Positions 10,038-18,770 of a DNA stretch of 64,000 bases are shown one piece after another. Both the position numbers and the translations under genes were made by a program. The first letter of the stretch is position 1. The number at the start of each line of letters is the position of its first letter. Where the stretch lies: NCBI GenBank assembly GCA_018655015.1, contig JABIKK010000013.1, positions 44,071 through 108,070 of the forward strand, in the 5' to 3' direction. Source of the DNA: Candidatus Woesearchaeota archaeon. GTDB taxonomy: Archaea > Nanobdellota > Nanobdellia > SCGC-AAA011-G17 > UBA489. The notes beneath the pieces were generated by a model. The model had not been told where the DNA came from, made no database searches, and saw only the letters and a list, made by a program, of their open reading frames with translations.

Positions 10038-10432
10038 GTGATGATAAAATGAGATGGGGAGTGGCACATATTTACTCCAGTCACAACAACACAATAATTC
10101 ATATTACAGATTTAACAGGTGCAGAAACAATTGCAAAAGCATCAGGTGGAATGGTTGTAAAAGCACATAGACTAGAAAGTTCACCAAATGCAGCAATGGC
10201 GGCGGCAAAACAAGCTGCAGAACAAGCAAGAGAAAAAGGAATAAACGGATTACATATTAGAATCAGAGCACCCGGAGGACACAACGGTCCAAATTCACCA
10301 GGTCCTGGAGCACAAGCTGCAGTAAGAGCATTATCAAGAAGCCGAATAAGAATCGGTGTTATCGAAGACGTAACCGGTCTTCCTACAGATGGATGTAGAA
10401 AAAAGCATGGTAAGAGAGGAAGGAGAGTTTAA
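10034..10432 (+). CDS. rps11: 30S ribosomal protein uS11
   Basis: [16 protein letters not shown], [19 protein letters not shown]. Confidence 0.98.
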   Translation: MSDDKMRWGVAHIYSSHNNTIIHITDLTGAETIAKASGGMVVKAHRLESSPNAAMAAAKQAAEQAREKGINGLHIRIRAPGGHNGPNSPGPGAQAAVRALSRSRIRIGVIEDVTGLPTDGCRKKHGKRGRRV

Positions 10433-10434
10433 GG

Positions 10435-11211
10435 ATGGAAATTAAGGTTCTTAAGAAAGACGATTCTAGATCAATCTTTAAAATTTCTAAAATAAACCCT
10501 TCAATAGCTAACAGTATTAGAAGATACATTTTAGCTTACGTTCCAACCATGGCAATCCATGATGTTGAAATAAAGAGAAATGGTTCTGCATTATACGATG
10601 AAGTTCTAGCACATAGATTAGGATTAGTTCCAATTAAAACAGACTTAAAATCATATAAGCTTTGGGAAGGTAAAAAAACAGAAGTTCCAAAAAGCGCACA
10701 ATACGAATTAAAAATGACACTAAAGGCTAAAGGACCTTGCACAGTGTTTGCTTCAGACATTAAGTCTACAGATCCAAAAGTAGTTCCTGCATTTGATAAA
10801 ATGCCAATTGTTAAACTTCTTGAAGGTCAAGACATTGAATTAATTATGACTGCAAGACTTGGTCAGGGCAAAGAACATGTAAAATTCACACCCGCATTAG
10901 CGGTTTATAGAGGAGTTCCAGAATTAGTAGTTACAAAGGACAGCAACACAACCGCATGTCTAGAAAAATTATCAGATGCAATAACTAAGAAAGGAAACAA
11001 TCTAGAAATCAAAGATTTAACAAACTGGACTGAATCCTATGAAAACATTTGTGAACAAAATGGAATTGAAGTTAATTCCAGTAAGGAAGACTTTATTTTT
11101 ACAATAGAATCATGGGGACAATTGCCTCCAAGAGAAATCTTCACAAGAGCAATAGATGTTTTTGATTCTAAATTATCTGACTTTGAGACCATTGTTAAGA
11201 AGCTTAAGTAA
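10435..11211 (+). CDS. rpo3: RNA polymerase subunit Rpo3 (D)
   Basis: ANSIRR..VPTMAI, YDEVLAHRLGLVP, IESWGQL. Confidence 0.97.
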   Translation: MEIKVLKKDDSRSIFKISKINPSIANSIRRYILAYVPTMAIHDVEIKRNGSALYDEVLAHRLGLVPIKTDLKSYKLWEGKKTEVPKSAQYELKMTLKAKGPCTVFASDIKSTDPKVVPAFDKMPIVKLLEGQDIELIMTARLGQGKEHVKFTPALAVYRGVPELVVTKDSNTTACLEKLSDAITKKGNNLEIKDLTNWTESYENICEQNGIEVNSSKEDFIFTIESWGQLPPREIFTRAIDVFDSKLSDFETIVKKLK

Positions 11212-11254
11212 TCCTAGAAAGACTTAAAACAAATTAATAATTGGCTACGCTTAC

Positions 11255-11340
11255 GCGGGGGTCCCATAGTTAGGTCAATTGGACTAGGTTGAGGGCCTAG
11301 TGGCTTAGTGCCTGCGCAGGTTCGAATCCTGTCCTCCGCA
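11255..11340 (+). tRNA. tRNA-Leu(GAG)
   Basis: Acceptor GCGGGGG/CCTCCGC, anticodon arm CTAGG-TTGAGGG-CCTAG, long variable arm, GGTTCGAATCC; CCA not encoded. Confidence 0.95.
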
Positions 11341-11404
11341 TAAATCATAATAACTTCCAACATAACACAGCCCTCTAATTTAGAATCATGAGTTCAAACA
11401 ACAA

Positions 11405-12208
11405 CTAGATTTTGTAATCGTTAACAGTTTGAACAGGAATAGCAACGCCACGAGAATCAAAAGCTTCCAGATTTTTATCGATATTGTCCATATATCGCTC
11501 CACATAATGGGGAACAAGAATCTGCCTAAGATTACTTGGGGAAAGATTACGCCCCCTACGATCAAAAACGACAGGTACTTTTCTTTCTTCCCTTGGATGC
11601 AGTGCATCTGTCAAGTCTACTCCCAGTATCTGTCCAAGCGCACACGAAAATTTCTTCGATGATGACTTATCTTTAATCCAAAGCTCCATTTCGGATTGCG
11701 TCGGCGAATAATCTGAATCTCCGCTGCACAAATGGGTTTCATACAATGAAATCTTAGCTAGCTCAACTTGATACAAAAGCGTATTACAGAAAACAAAGCC
11801 TAACATTGGTTCACCAAGTAACCCTTCTAATGAACCTAGCTGCTCAATATCCGTTCCACTCCTAGAAGAATTAGAGGGGTGGTTATGCAACATCCCCACT
11901 AGTTGTAAGCCTTGATGTTCCTTTAAGAAATCACGATATTGATCCACAACATTTGGCTGTATAAATTCTCCTTGGCCCGCTATTTGGTCTGGAACATGTA
12001 AGTGAGTCACATTCAAAGATTCAGGTTTATCTGCCATAAGCCAATAGCTCCGCTCAATATGGGGCATAAGTAAATGGAGTGGATGAATTCGTGGGTCGAG
12101 AGCACTATAAAAAAATGGTTTGAGAATCGATTTATCCCCTGCTGACGCTTCAAAAAGGTCCCTTACAGCATTCCGCATTACGTCCTCATTAATTTGAACT
12201 TCTTCCAT
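11405..12208 (-). CDS. Putative JAB/MPN (JAMM-like) metalloprotein
   Basis: LVGMLHNHPSNSSRSGTD = HxH-x6-S-x2-D. Confidence 0.65.
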   Translation of the reverse strand: MEEVQINEDVMRNAVRDLFEASAGDKSILKPFFYSALDPRIHPLHLLMPHIERSYWLMADKPESLNVTHLHVPDQIAGQGEFIQPNVVDQYRDFLKEHQGLQLVGMLHNHPSNSSRSGTDIEQLGSLEGLLGEPMLGFVFCNTLLYQVELAKISLYETHLCSGDSDYSPTQSEMELWIKDKSSSKKFSCALGQILGVDLTDALHPREERKVPVVFDRRGRNLSPSNLRQILVPHYVERYMDNIDKNLEAFDSRGVAIPVQTVNDYKI

Positions 12209-12392
12209 ATTTCATCTGCCTACAACTCAAAACCCTTTAAAATGCTTAAGTTTAGAGAATTATATACTCCAACATATATTTATAAGTATTACCATCTACA
12301 TGCAATTATTGATGAAATTTTCAATATTATCTATAAAAATTCATGAAAGGCAGAAGAGAAAACCCCCAAGTTCAATCTGACCCACCAGAACA

Positions 12393-12400
12393 TTTATAAA
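12393..12400 (+). promoter_or_regulatory. TATA box of rpl18e operon
   Basis: TTTATAAA preceded by purine-rich AGAA, ~75 nt before the ATG. Confidence 0.6.
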
Positions 12401-12475
12401 TCGTTAATTCACAAACTAATTACTCTGCAAGCGTAAGCGAACAGTAGAGCACAAACGTGTTCTAAATCAAATAAA

Positions 12476-12826
12476 ATGAAAATAACTGGACCATCAAACC
12501 CAAATTTACAGTCTCTAATCAAAGAGCTAAAAACCCTTAGTATTACTAATAAAGTAAATCTATGGAAAAGAGTAGCTACAGAGTTAGAAAAATCAACAAG
12601 AAATAGAAGAAAAGTAAATATTCATCAAATTCAAAAACACTCCAACGATGGAGAAACAGTTCTAGTTCCTGGAAAAGTTCTTTCAATGGGAACTTTAACA
12701 AAACAAGTTAAGGTTGCAGCTTGGGCATTCTCAGAAGAAGCAACTAAAAAAATCAAAGATTCTACTTCAATTAATCAACTTATGAAAGACAATCCAAAAG
12801 GGAGTAAAGTTAGAATAATTTGTTAA
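12476..12826 (+). CDS. rpl18e: 50S ribosomal protein eL18
   Basis: LWKRVA..L.KSTRNRRKVN, VLVPGKVL, NPKGSKVRII. Confidence 0.96.
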   Translation: MKITGPSNPNLQSLIKELKTLSITNKVNLWKRVATELEKSTRNRRKVNIHQIQKHSNDGETVLVPGKVLSMGTLTKQVKVAAWAFSEEATKKIKDSTSINQLMKDNPKGSKVRIIC

Positions 12827-12827
12827 A

Positions 12828-13244
12828 ATGATACTTGATGGAAAAAACTTAATCGCTGGAAGACTTGCAAGTTTCGCAGCAAAGCAAGCTTTATTTGGGA
12901 ACGATATTGAGATTATTAATTCAGAATTAGTTATGATTACTGGAAGTAAGAGTAACGTAATGGCAAAACAAAATGAAAGACAAGCAAGAGGTCATCCATA
13001 CAAAGGACCATTTGTTCCAAGAAGGGAAGATCTTTTACTAAGAAGAATGATTAGGGGAATGTTACCTTACAAACAATCAAGAGGAATGATCGCATTCAAA
13101 AAAGTAAAGTGTCATTTAGGAATTCCTGATGAACTAAAAGACAAGCCCACAACTGAAGTAAAGGGCGCAAACATCACAAAGACGCAAACTCTTAAATATA
13201 TTCGTTTAGCAGAGGTTAGTAAGCTAATTGGTAGAAAAAAATGA
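12828..13244 (+). CDS. rpl13: 50S ribosomal protein uL13
   Basis: IAGRLAS..AK, GPFVPR, RGMLPYK. Confidence 0.97.
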   Translation: MILDGKNLIAGRLASFAAKQALFGNDIEIINSELVMITGSKSNVMAKQNERQARGHPYKGPFVPRREDLLLRRMIRGMLPYKQSRGMIAFKKVKCHLGIPDELKDKPTTEVKGANITKTQTLKYIRLAEVSKLIGRKK

Positions 13245-13642
13245 AAACAATAAACGTTTCCGGAAGTAGAAAAAAAGCAGTAGCTAGAGCAACAATTAAA
13301 GATGGAAAAGGAATAGTTAGAATTAACAAACAATCGATTGAAACAATTGAACCGGAAATATCAAGATTAAGATTACAAGAGCCTTTAGAAATAGCTAAGG
13401 ACTTCTCAAAGAAAGTAAACATTGACTTAAAGGTAGCAGGTGGAGGTTCACAAAGCCAAATAGAAGCTTGTAGGCTAGCCATTGCAAAGTCAATTTACGC
13501 ATACTCAAATAAAGACGCACAATTAAGAAAAGATTTCATAGATTACGATAGACACTTACTAATCGCAGATACTAGAAGAAATGAACCTCACAAACCTAAC
13601 GATTCAAAACCAAGGGCAAAGAGGCAATTCTCTAAGAGATAG
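13241..13642 (+). CDS. rps9: 30S ribosomal protein uS9
   Basis: SGSRKKAVARA, GGGSQSQ, YDRHLLIADTR. Confidence 0.96.
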   Translation: MKTINVSGSRKKAVARATIKDGKGIVRINKQSIETIEPEISRLRLQEPLEIAKDFSKKVNIDLKVAGGGSQSQIEACRLAIAKSIYAYSNKDAQLRKDFIDYDRHLLIADTRRNEPHKPNDSKPRAKRQFSKR

Positions 13643-13645
13643 AAA

Positions 13646-13843
13646 ATGATTATACCAATAAGATGTTTTTCATGCGGCAAACCAATTGCACAGCTATGGG
13701 AAGAGTATAAAACAAGAACAGAGAAAGGCGAAGAACCAAAGAAGGTTATGAAAGACGTGGGTTTAGAAAGATACTGCTGCAAAGCAATTTTCTTAGGTCA
13801 CATCGACTTAATAGACACAGTTGCTAAGTTTAAGAAAGCTTAA
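13646..13843 (+). CDS. rpo10: RNA polymerase subunit Rpo10 (N)
   Basis: MIIPIRCFSCGK, RYCC. Confidence 0.98.
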   Translation: MIIPIRCFSCGKPIAQLWEEYKTRTEKGEEPKKVMKDVGLERYCCKAIFLGHIDLIDTVAKFKKA

Positions 13844-13891
13844 GTTTAGAATTTTTTTAATAAAATTAAACCTCTTAGTTCAACCTATAAA

Positions 13892-14356
13892 TTAATCTTT
13901 TTTACAATAAACTACATTGGTATACGCAGGATCATGAACTGCCCATGGACCAGATCTCCAAGCCCCATCTGCCGTCCCAACTTCAGAGCTGGATTCGTCC
14001 TTCCATTCTAACTTAATTTTTGCAACCTTAACTGTCCCACTACAACAATCAGCACCAGTGCTATATGTGTGAACTCGGTATTCATTACTTCCTCCCACTA
14101 ATCCAACATTAGCCACATCATCACCACGGGGGAATCTTCCATCTAATTCAGTATACCTCGTCCAACCAGTAGGACAATCCGTATCAAACATAGCAACCAT
14201 CCCTGTAAAAAGTCCATCTAAGCCTTCAATTTGATCAGCAGTATGCCCATAATTATTAACGCCCTGACCTTGTACAAAAACTATAGTTCCAAAGGCTAAC
14301 ACTAAAATGATAAGAAGATACATATGCCTCTTTTGAACTGAAATGTTAATATTCAC
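13892..14356 (-). CDS. Leader-family surface protein (paralog D) with tail-collar-like domain
   Basis: GTG start; KRHMYLL..VQGQGVNNYGH leader; GMVAMFDTDCPTGW..LDGRFPRG. Confidence 0.8.
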   Translation of the reverse strand: MNINISVQKRHMYLLIILVLAFGTIVFVQGQGVNNYGHTADQIEGLDGLFTGMVAMFDTDCPTGWTRYTELDGRFPRGDDVANVGLVGGSNEYRVHTYSTGADCCSGTVKVAKIKLEWKDESSSEVGTADGAWRSGPWAVHDPAYTNVVYCKKD

Positions 14357-14435
14357 CTAAATCAGAAGGCAATAGGAAGTTTATAAATATTCCTTCACAT
14401 AAATCCTTTTAATCTCATTAGTAATATACTAAAAA

Positions 14436-14900
14436 ATGAGAGATGATACGTGGCTTGAGCAAAGATTTGATCAAATTTGGACATTATTCTTCCCAGATGT
14501 AGAAAAGAAGAACGTATCAATAAGGTGGAAAGGCAAGTGGAAAAACAAATTTGGACACATAACCACCACCAAAGATAAAAAAAGTGAGATAGTAATTAAC
14601 AAATTATTCAAAGATTTACAAGTACCCGAAGACGTAATAAAATTAACAATAGCACATGAAATAGTTCATTACTCCCACGGATTTCATTCACACCTACCAA
14701 GATTACACAAACATCCCCACAAAGGAGGGGTAGTTGAAAAAGATCTTAAAAAACGAGGATTCTCATACATGCTAAAAAAAGAAAAAGAATGGCAAAAAAA
14801 AGAATGGTTCAATTTATTCAAAGAACTAATGCCTCATAAAGTTCAACCAAGAACAAGAATAATAAAACAAAGGAAACCTTTCAGTTTCTTTAGACTCTAG
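14436..14900 (+). CDS. SprT-like zinc metallopeptidase-domain protein
   Basis: IAHEIVH (HExxH) plus downstream HPH. Confidence 0.75.
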   Translation: MRDDTWLEQRFDQIWTLFFPDVEKKNVSIRWKGKWKNKFGHITTTKDKKSEIVINKLFKDLQVPEDVIKLTIAHEIVHYSHGFHSHLPRLHKHPHKGGVVEKDLKKRGFSYMLKKEKEWQKKEWFNLFKELMPHKVQPRTRIIKQRKPFSFFRL

Positions 14901-15198
14901 GCTTTAATAACATACGTCTATAGTTCTTACATTTCGAACAAAACACAATTAACTTTCCATTTCTAGTCCTAACTTTAGAATTAACTCCTGAAGAAAGGTA
15001 TATCTTACATTTTCTACAATAATTTGATCTAAATTTCCTAGGAATTCTAACGCCCGCCTTAGCTACAAGTCTTAAAACAATCTTAACATATCTATGACTT
15101 CTCTCAGGGTGATTCTTAAACTCAGAAGAAGCCTCTGAAAACAAAGTATTAATTCTCTCCAGTGCAATTGATCTCACATTTCCTATTCGTTTAGCCAT
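14890..15198 (-). CDS. rnp4: RNase P protein component 4 (Rpp21)
   Basis: IALERI..LF..A, RYV, YCRKC..CSKC zinc ribbon. Confidence 0.93.
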   Translation of the reverse strand: MAKRIGNVRSIALERINTLFSEASSEFKNHPERSHRYVKIVLRLVAKAGVRIPRKFRSNYCRKCKIYLSSGVNSKVRTRNGKLIVFCSKCKNYRRMLLKPRV

Positions 15199-15273
15199 AC
15201 AAAACCCAACATTTAACCATATAAATAACTTATTACAGAAAAGATTATAAATCCCCATTAAAGGTCAAGAATA

Positions 15274-15981
15274 ATGAAAAAGAGAAATAATCAAAAAAAG
15301 GTATATTTGATCATCGGAGCAGCGATAATTCTGATAATATTACTATTAGTATTAAATCAAACACCAGTTCGAGACTTTACATTCGAAGAAGGTTACAATG
15401 AAATAGTCCAACTAGATGAAAAATACGAAACAAGCTTCAAGACAGAAAGCATTCCAGACGAACTAATAAATTACAAAAATGTTGATCCTTTTGTTGAAGA
15501 CTTAACCGCCCTTAGGGAAGAAGTTGCACTTTCTGCAAATAAAAATCCAACCGAAGAAAAAGAAGCTCTACTCTTATTAATTGACGCAAGAACGCTGATG
15601 ATTTTATCAGAAAAAAGTTATACTAATGGAAAGTCCATTGGCCCAATGGGAATTGCAGACGATGAAGAAGGTTTTAGTTGTAGAGAAGCAGGATACTTAA
15701 TCAATGGGGCATATTACTTTAACAAAAGTTATGGTGCTGGAGTTGAGGCATACTTAGCATTAGACAAACTACTCGGTCACAATCAACAAACTCCTGGAGT
15801 TTGGGATTTAGTGGGTGTTAATGATGAGAAACCAAGGTTTTTCTATTCTAAATTAGGCGCAATAAAAATAACAGTTGCAAGAAATCTAATAGCACTTGAA
15901 GAATTTTGTTTAATTGACATGAGCCAGGGACTAATCTCCCCAGTAGATCCAGAAAATTATATTCTTATAGACAATGTTTAA
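15274..15981 (+). CDS. Hypothetical membrane-anchored protein
   Basis: Basic N-terminus, one hydrophobic helix, acidic helical ectodomain. Confidence 0.8.
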   Translation: MKKRNNQKKVYLIIGAAIILIILLLVLNQTPVRDFTFEEGYNEIVQLDEKYETSFKTESIPDELINYKNVDPFVEDLTALREEVALSANKNPTEEKEALLLLIDARTLMILSEKSYTNGKSIGPMGIADDEEGFSCREAGYLINGAYYFNKSYGAGVEAYLALDKLLGHNQQTPGVWDLVGVNDEKPRFFYSKLGAIKITVARNLIALEEFCLIDMSQGLISPVDPENYILIDNV

Positions 15982-16051
15982 AAAGCAACAAGAAAAAGAC
16001 TTAAATATCCCTTGTACCACTTGAGAGGGTTAACAATCTGGAGGCTTTAAT

Positions 16052-16249
16052 ATGGAATATAAAGACGAAAAAGGGAATACACTATACGGTTTTTCACAAG
16101 AAAGCCTAGAGAAAACAAACAAACAGATCACAGAAACAAATAAGCTAATTCAGGTTCTAATCATTCTAATTCTAATGATTCTACTCCTAGGAATAGGGTT
16201 TGCAGGATGGCTTAAAATGAATAGTATCTTTGATTTATTGATAAGATAA
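16052..16249 (+). CDS. Small membrane protein
   Basis: 65 aa, one TM, GGAGG RBS. Confidence 0.7.
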   Translation: MEYKDEKGNTLYGFSQESLEKTNKQITETNKLIQVLIILILMILLLGIGFAGWLKMNSIFDLLIR

Positions 16250-16264
16250 GGCAAGCCAAAACTC

Positions 16265-16271
16265 TTATAAA
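16265..16271 (+). promoter_or_regulatory. TATA box of 5S rRNA gene
   Basis: TTATAAA ~25 nt upstream of the 5S 5' end. Confidence 0.7.
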
Positions 16272-16294
16272 TCGTTTAAATCATAAAATTATTG

Positions 16295-16409
16295 AGGACG
16301 ACCATGGCAGCTTGGTTCCACCTGTTCCCATTCCGAACACAGCAAGTTAAGCAAGCTCACGTTCCAAGTTGTACTGCACTTTGTTGTGGGAACCTTGGTT
16401 AGTTGTCCC
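16295..16409 (+). rRNA. rrf: 5S rRNA (unlinked from 16S/23S in this window)
   Basis: Helix I GGACGAC/GTTGTCC; CCAT, CACCTGTTCCCATTCCGAACACAG, AAGTTAAGC, GTACTG..GGGAA motifs; ~115 nt. Confidence 0.95.
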
Positions 16410-17076
16410 TTTTATTTTCTAATTTATTTAACAAATCCGCAAATTTAACAGGATTTTTAGAGGGAGTTGCATTGTAACTTTCAACCATCAAATCAAGAAT
16501 ATATTGTTTCATAGGATGTGTTAGAGGAACGTACTTTCTAAAGAGGAAAATATTTCTTCTTCCTGTAATTCCTAAAACCCAGGTGTCATCTTTCAGTCTA
16601 TTGTTCCTCCTCAAACGATTACATGAAATGCCTAGAGAAAAAAGAATTTCACCAATCTCCTTCAAAATTCCATAAGAATTAGAATAAAAATTTACATTCC
16701 TCTTCCATGCATTTTCAGACAGACTGAATCTTAGTCCAACACAACCTTCATCATCGAAAAAAGAACCAATAAATGCAAGCTTAATACCAATGTTAGCTTC
16801 TAGAACTTTTTTTGGAATCTTTATTTTATTACATCCAAACGATTCAAGATAATTAAAAAAAAACTCAATGAGCGCCCTTCTCTGAAACTGCACAAAGGAT
16901 GTACCTGAGTTGACCGTGCCATAAGTAAGGTGAATTTCTCCAAAAATTTCAATAAGATCCTTTTCGAATTGACTAAGCAAAGCCTTACAAGTATTGTTGT
17001 ACCTTGCATATTTAGGACTAATGTGGCCATCTCCACAAAGTTTAGCCAAACATCTTGCAAGAGCGACGTTCATCAT
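16399..17076 (-). CDS. Free-standing double-motif LAGLIDADG endonuclease
   Basis: Motifs LAKLCGDG and FIGSFFDDEG; likely start MMNV at 17076 (ORF open to 17109); stop lies in the 5S gene. Confidence 0.85.
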   Translation of the reverse strand: MMNVALARCLAKLCGDGHISPKYARYNNTCKALLSQFEKDLIEIFGEIHLTYGTVNSGTSFVQFQRRALIEFFFNYLESFGCNKIKIPKKVLEANIGIKLAFIGSFFDDEGCVGLRFSLSENAWKRNVNFYSNSYGILKEIGEILFSLGISCNRLRRNNRLKDDTWVLGITGRRNIFLFRKYVPLTHPMKQYILDLMVESYNATPSKNPVKFADLLNKLENKRDN

Positions 17077-17139
17077 AGCGTAATAATGAAAACATGGAAG
17101 ATAAAACAATCTAAACAGCTAAGTAAGTGCAGTAAGTAG

Positions 17140-17508
17140 TTAAGACCAAATATTCAAGAATACGCCCCAGTAATGAACAATAACATAAAGCCAGATAATA
17201 TAGGCTACAACAGCAGAAATCAAAACAACTAGAACAGTATTTACAATCTCATTCTTTCTCCTTTTCACTTGATCAATAGTACATATTTTCTTCTTCCTAA
17301 AATAAATAATCAGTGATATTGTTAATAAAATCAAACCAAGTAACCTAAATATCCATTTATACTGACCATATAAGACATCTGTCAATGAGGCCGCATAACT
17401 AACAGTTCCAAAACCAAATAGAAGAAGTATTATCGGTGATAAACAACAAAGTGATGCAAATAAAACTGGAATTCCAGTTATCTTAAGTAATTCTTTTATA
17501 CTAACCAT
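17140..17508 (-). CDS. MerT/MerF-like small membrane protein
   Basis: Three TMs, ASLCCLSP vicinal Cys pair, loop KKKIC. Confidence 0.6.
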   Translation of the reverse strand: MVSIKELLKITGIPVLFASLCCLSPIILLLFGFGTVSYAASLTDVLYGQYKWIFRLLGLILLTISLIIYFRKKKICTIDQVKRRKNEIVNTVLVVLISAVVAYIIWLYVIVHYWGVFLNIWS

Positions 17509-17853
17509 TCAAATCATCTTCAGTCCGCCAGTCACGGTATCAATTTTTTCCACTATATCTGGTCCGATTGCACAGCAAGTAGTTGTACTAGTGTCAAAAA
17601 AAGTTTTACCTGCATCTGTAATTATAGCAGTTTTTATTTTCTGCGCCCTTGCTTTCTTTAAGTAATATCTTAAATCAACTTCGTCAACAACTTTCAGAAC
17701 AACTTTCATCATCCCTTCTCGTCTCCAAGAATTAACTTTATCACTGCTTGAACCAAGAACAGCTTCAACACTAGCGTGTGCAACTTGCACAGCCAACTTG
17801 CCCTTAGGCATTTTTAAATCAGATCTAACCAATATAACTTGTTTAAAGCTCAT
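17509..17853 (-). CDS. pth2: Peptidyl-tRNA hydrolase Pth2
   Basis: KQVILVRSDLKMPKGKLAVQVAHA, DAGKT, AIGP. Confidence 0.97.
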   Translation of the reverse strand: MSFKQVILVRSDLKMPKGKLAVQVAHASVEAVLGSSSDKVNSWRREGMMKVVLKVVDEVDLRYYLKKARAQKIKTAIITDAGKTFFDTSTTTCCAIGPDIVEKIDTVTGGLKMI

Positions 17854-18239
17854 ATAAACTTCACCAAACCCTTAAGCTTAAGTTTGACCCTCTTACCAAA
17901 TCCATCTTTACCTTTTTTTGGATGAAATTTCTCTTGTTTCTGTCCTTCTAAATGGAACTTGTGTTCAATTGCAGTCATCAGCTTCTTCATAACAGAATTA
18001 ACATTTTTTCTTAAATCCCAACCCTCAACTTCAGAAGTTAAAGTTTCTTTTCCAAAATTAAGATGCGCCCTAAAACTATATCTCACCTTACTTCCCACTT
18101 CATGAACTTTCACATGGAATTTTAAATTATTCTTTGCACCAAATCTACGAATATCAGAGTTGTATTTTGAAACAACCTTTTTCAACCTTTCACGATCTAT
18201 CCCATCTAAAGAATTTAGTCCGACATAACTTACAGCCAT
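17850..18239 (-). CDS. Possible HPF/RaiA-like ribosome-associated protein
   Basis: LKFHVK..RYSFRAHL..EGWDL...V..VMKKL; GGTGA RBS before ATG 18239; basic tail. Confidence 0.55.
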   Translation of the reverse strand: MAVSYVGLNSLDGIDRERLKKVVSKYNSDIRRFGAKNNLKFHVKVHEVGSKVRYSFRAHLNFGKETLTSEVEGWDLRKNVNSVMKKLMTAIEHKFHLEGQKQEKFHPKKGKDGFGKRVKLKLKGLVKFI

Positions 18240-18278
18240 TATAATCACCCCAGTTTTAAAAGATTAAATACTTATCGT

Positions 18279-18770
18279 TTAAGTTCCAAAGTATTCATCT
18301 ATGATTTTTCTATGTTGAAAACCAATCTTAAGATCGGTCAATTCATCAAGTCCAAACCATTTAATATCTAATATCTCTCCTTCTTCCGCATTTTCGATAG
18401 TAGGTTCACCCTTATGCTCCCCAGAAAACACAGAAGTATACGCGCAAAAACCAATTTCTTCAAAAAATTCTTCATAACTACCAAAATATTTAGGCTTAAA
18501 ATCCAAACCGGCCTCTTCCCTCACTTCCCTTACAACTGTCTTCTCTTCAGTCTCACCTTCTTCAATGTGGCCTCCAGGCAAAGCCCAGGTATTTCTAAAG
18601 GGGAAATGTCCCCTCTTTATCAGTAAAACCTTTCCATCTTTAACCAACACAGCATTAACTACCTTATCTCTTCTCAAAGCAGTTTCCTCTTCAGAATTCT
18701 CTTCTCTAAACTTCTTCAAATCCTCTTCAGTAGTATCTTCTTGTATCTTTATTTTATTAATATCCATCAT
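18279..18770 (-). CDS. NUDIX hydrolase
   Basis: WALPGGHIEEGETEEKTVVREVREEAG Nudix box. Confidence 0.95.
   Translation of the reverse strand: MMDINKIKIQEDTTEEDLKKFREENSEEETALRRDKVVNAVLVKDGKVLLIKRGHFPFRNTWALPGGHIEEGETEEKTVVREVREEAGLDFKPKYFGSYEEFFEEIGFCAYTSVFSGEHKGEPTIENAEEGEILDIKWFGLDELTDLKIGFQHRKIIDEYFGT

Noticed and set aside
165-14356. Provirus, suggested by tail-fibre-like domains
   Set aside because: No capsid, terminase, portal or integrase; genes carry membrane leaders and sit among housekeeping genes.
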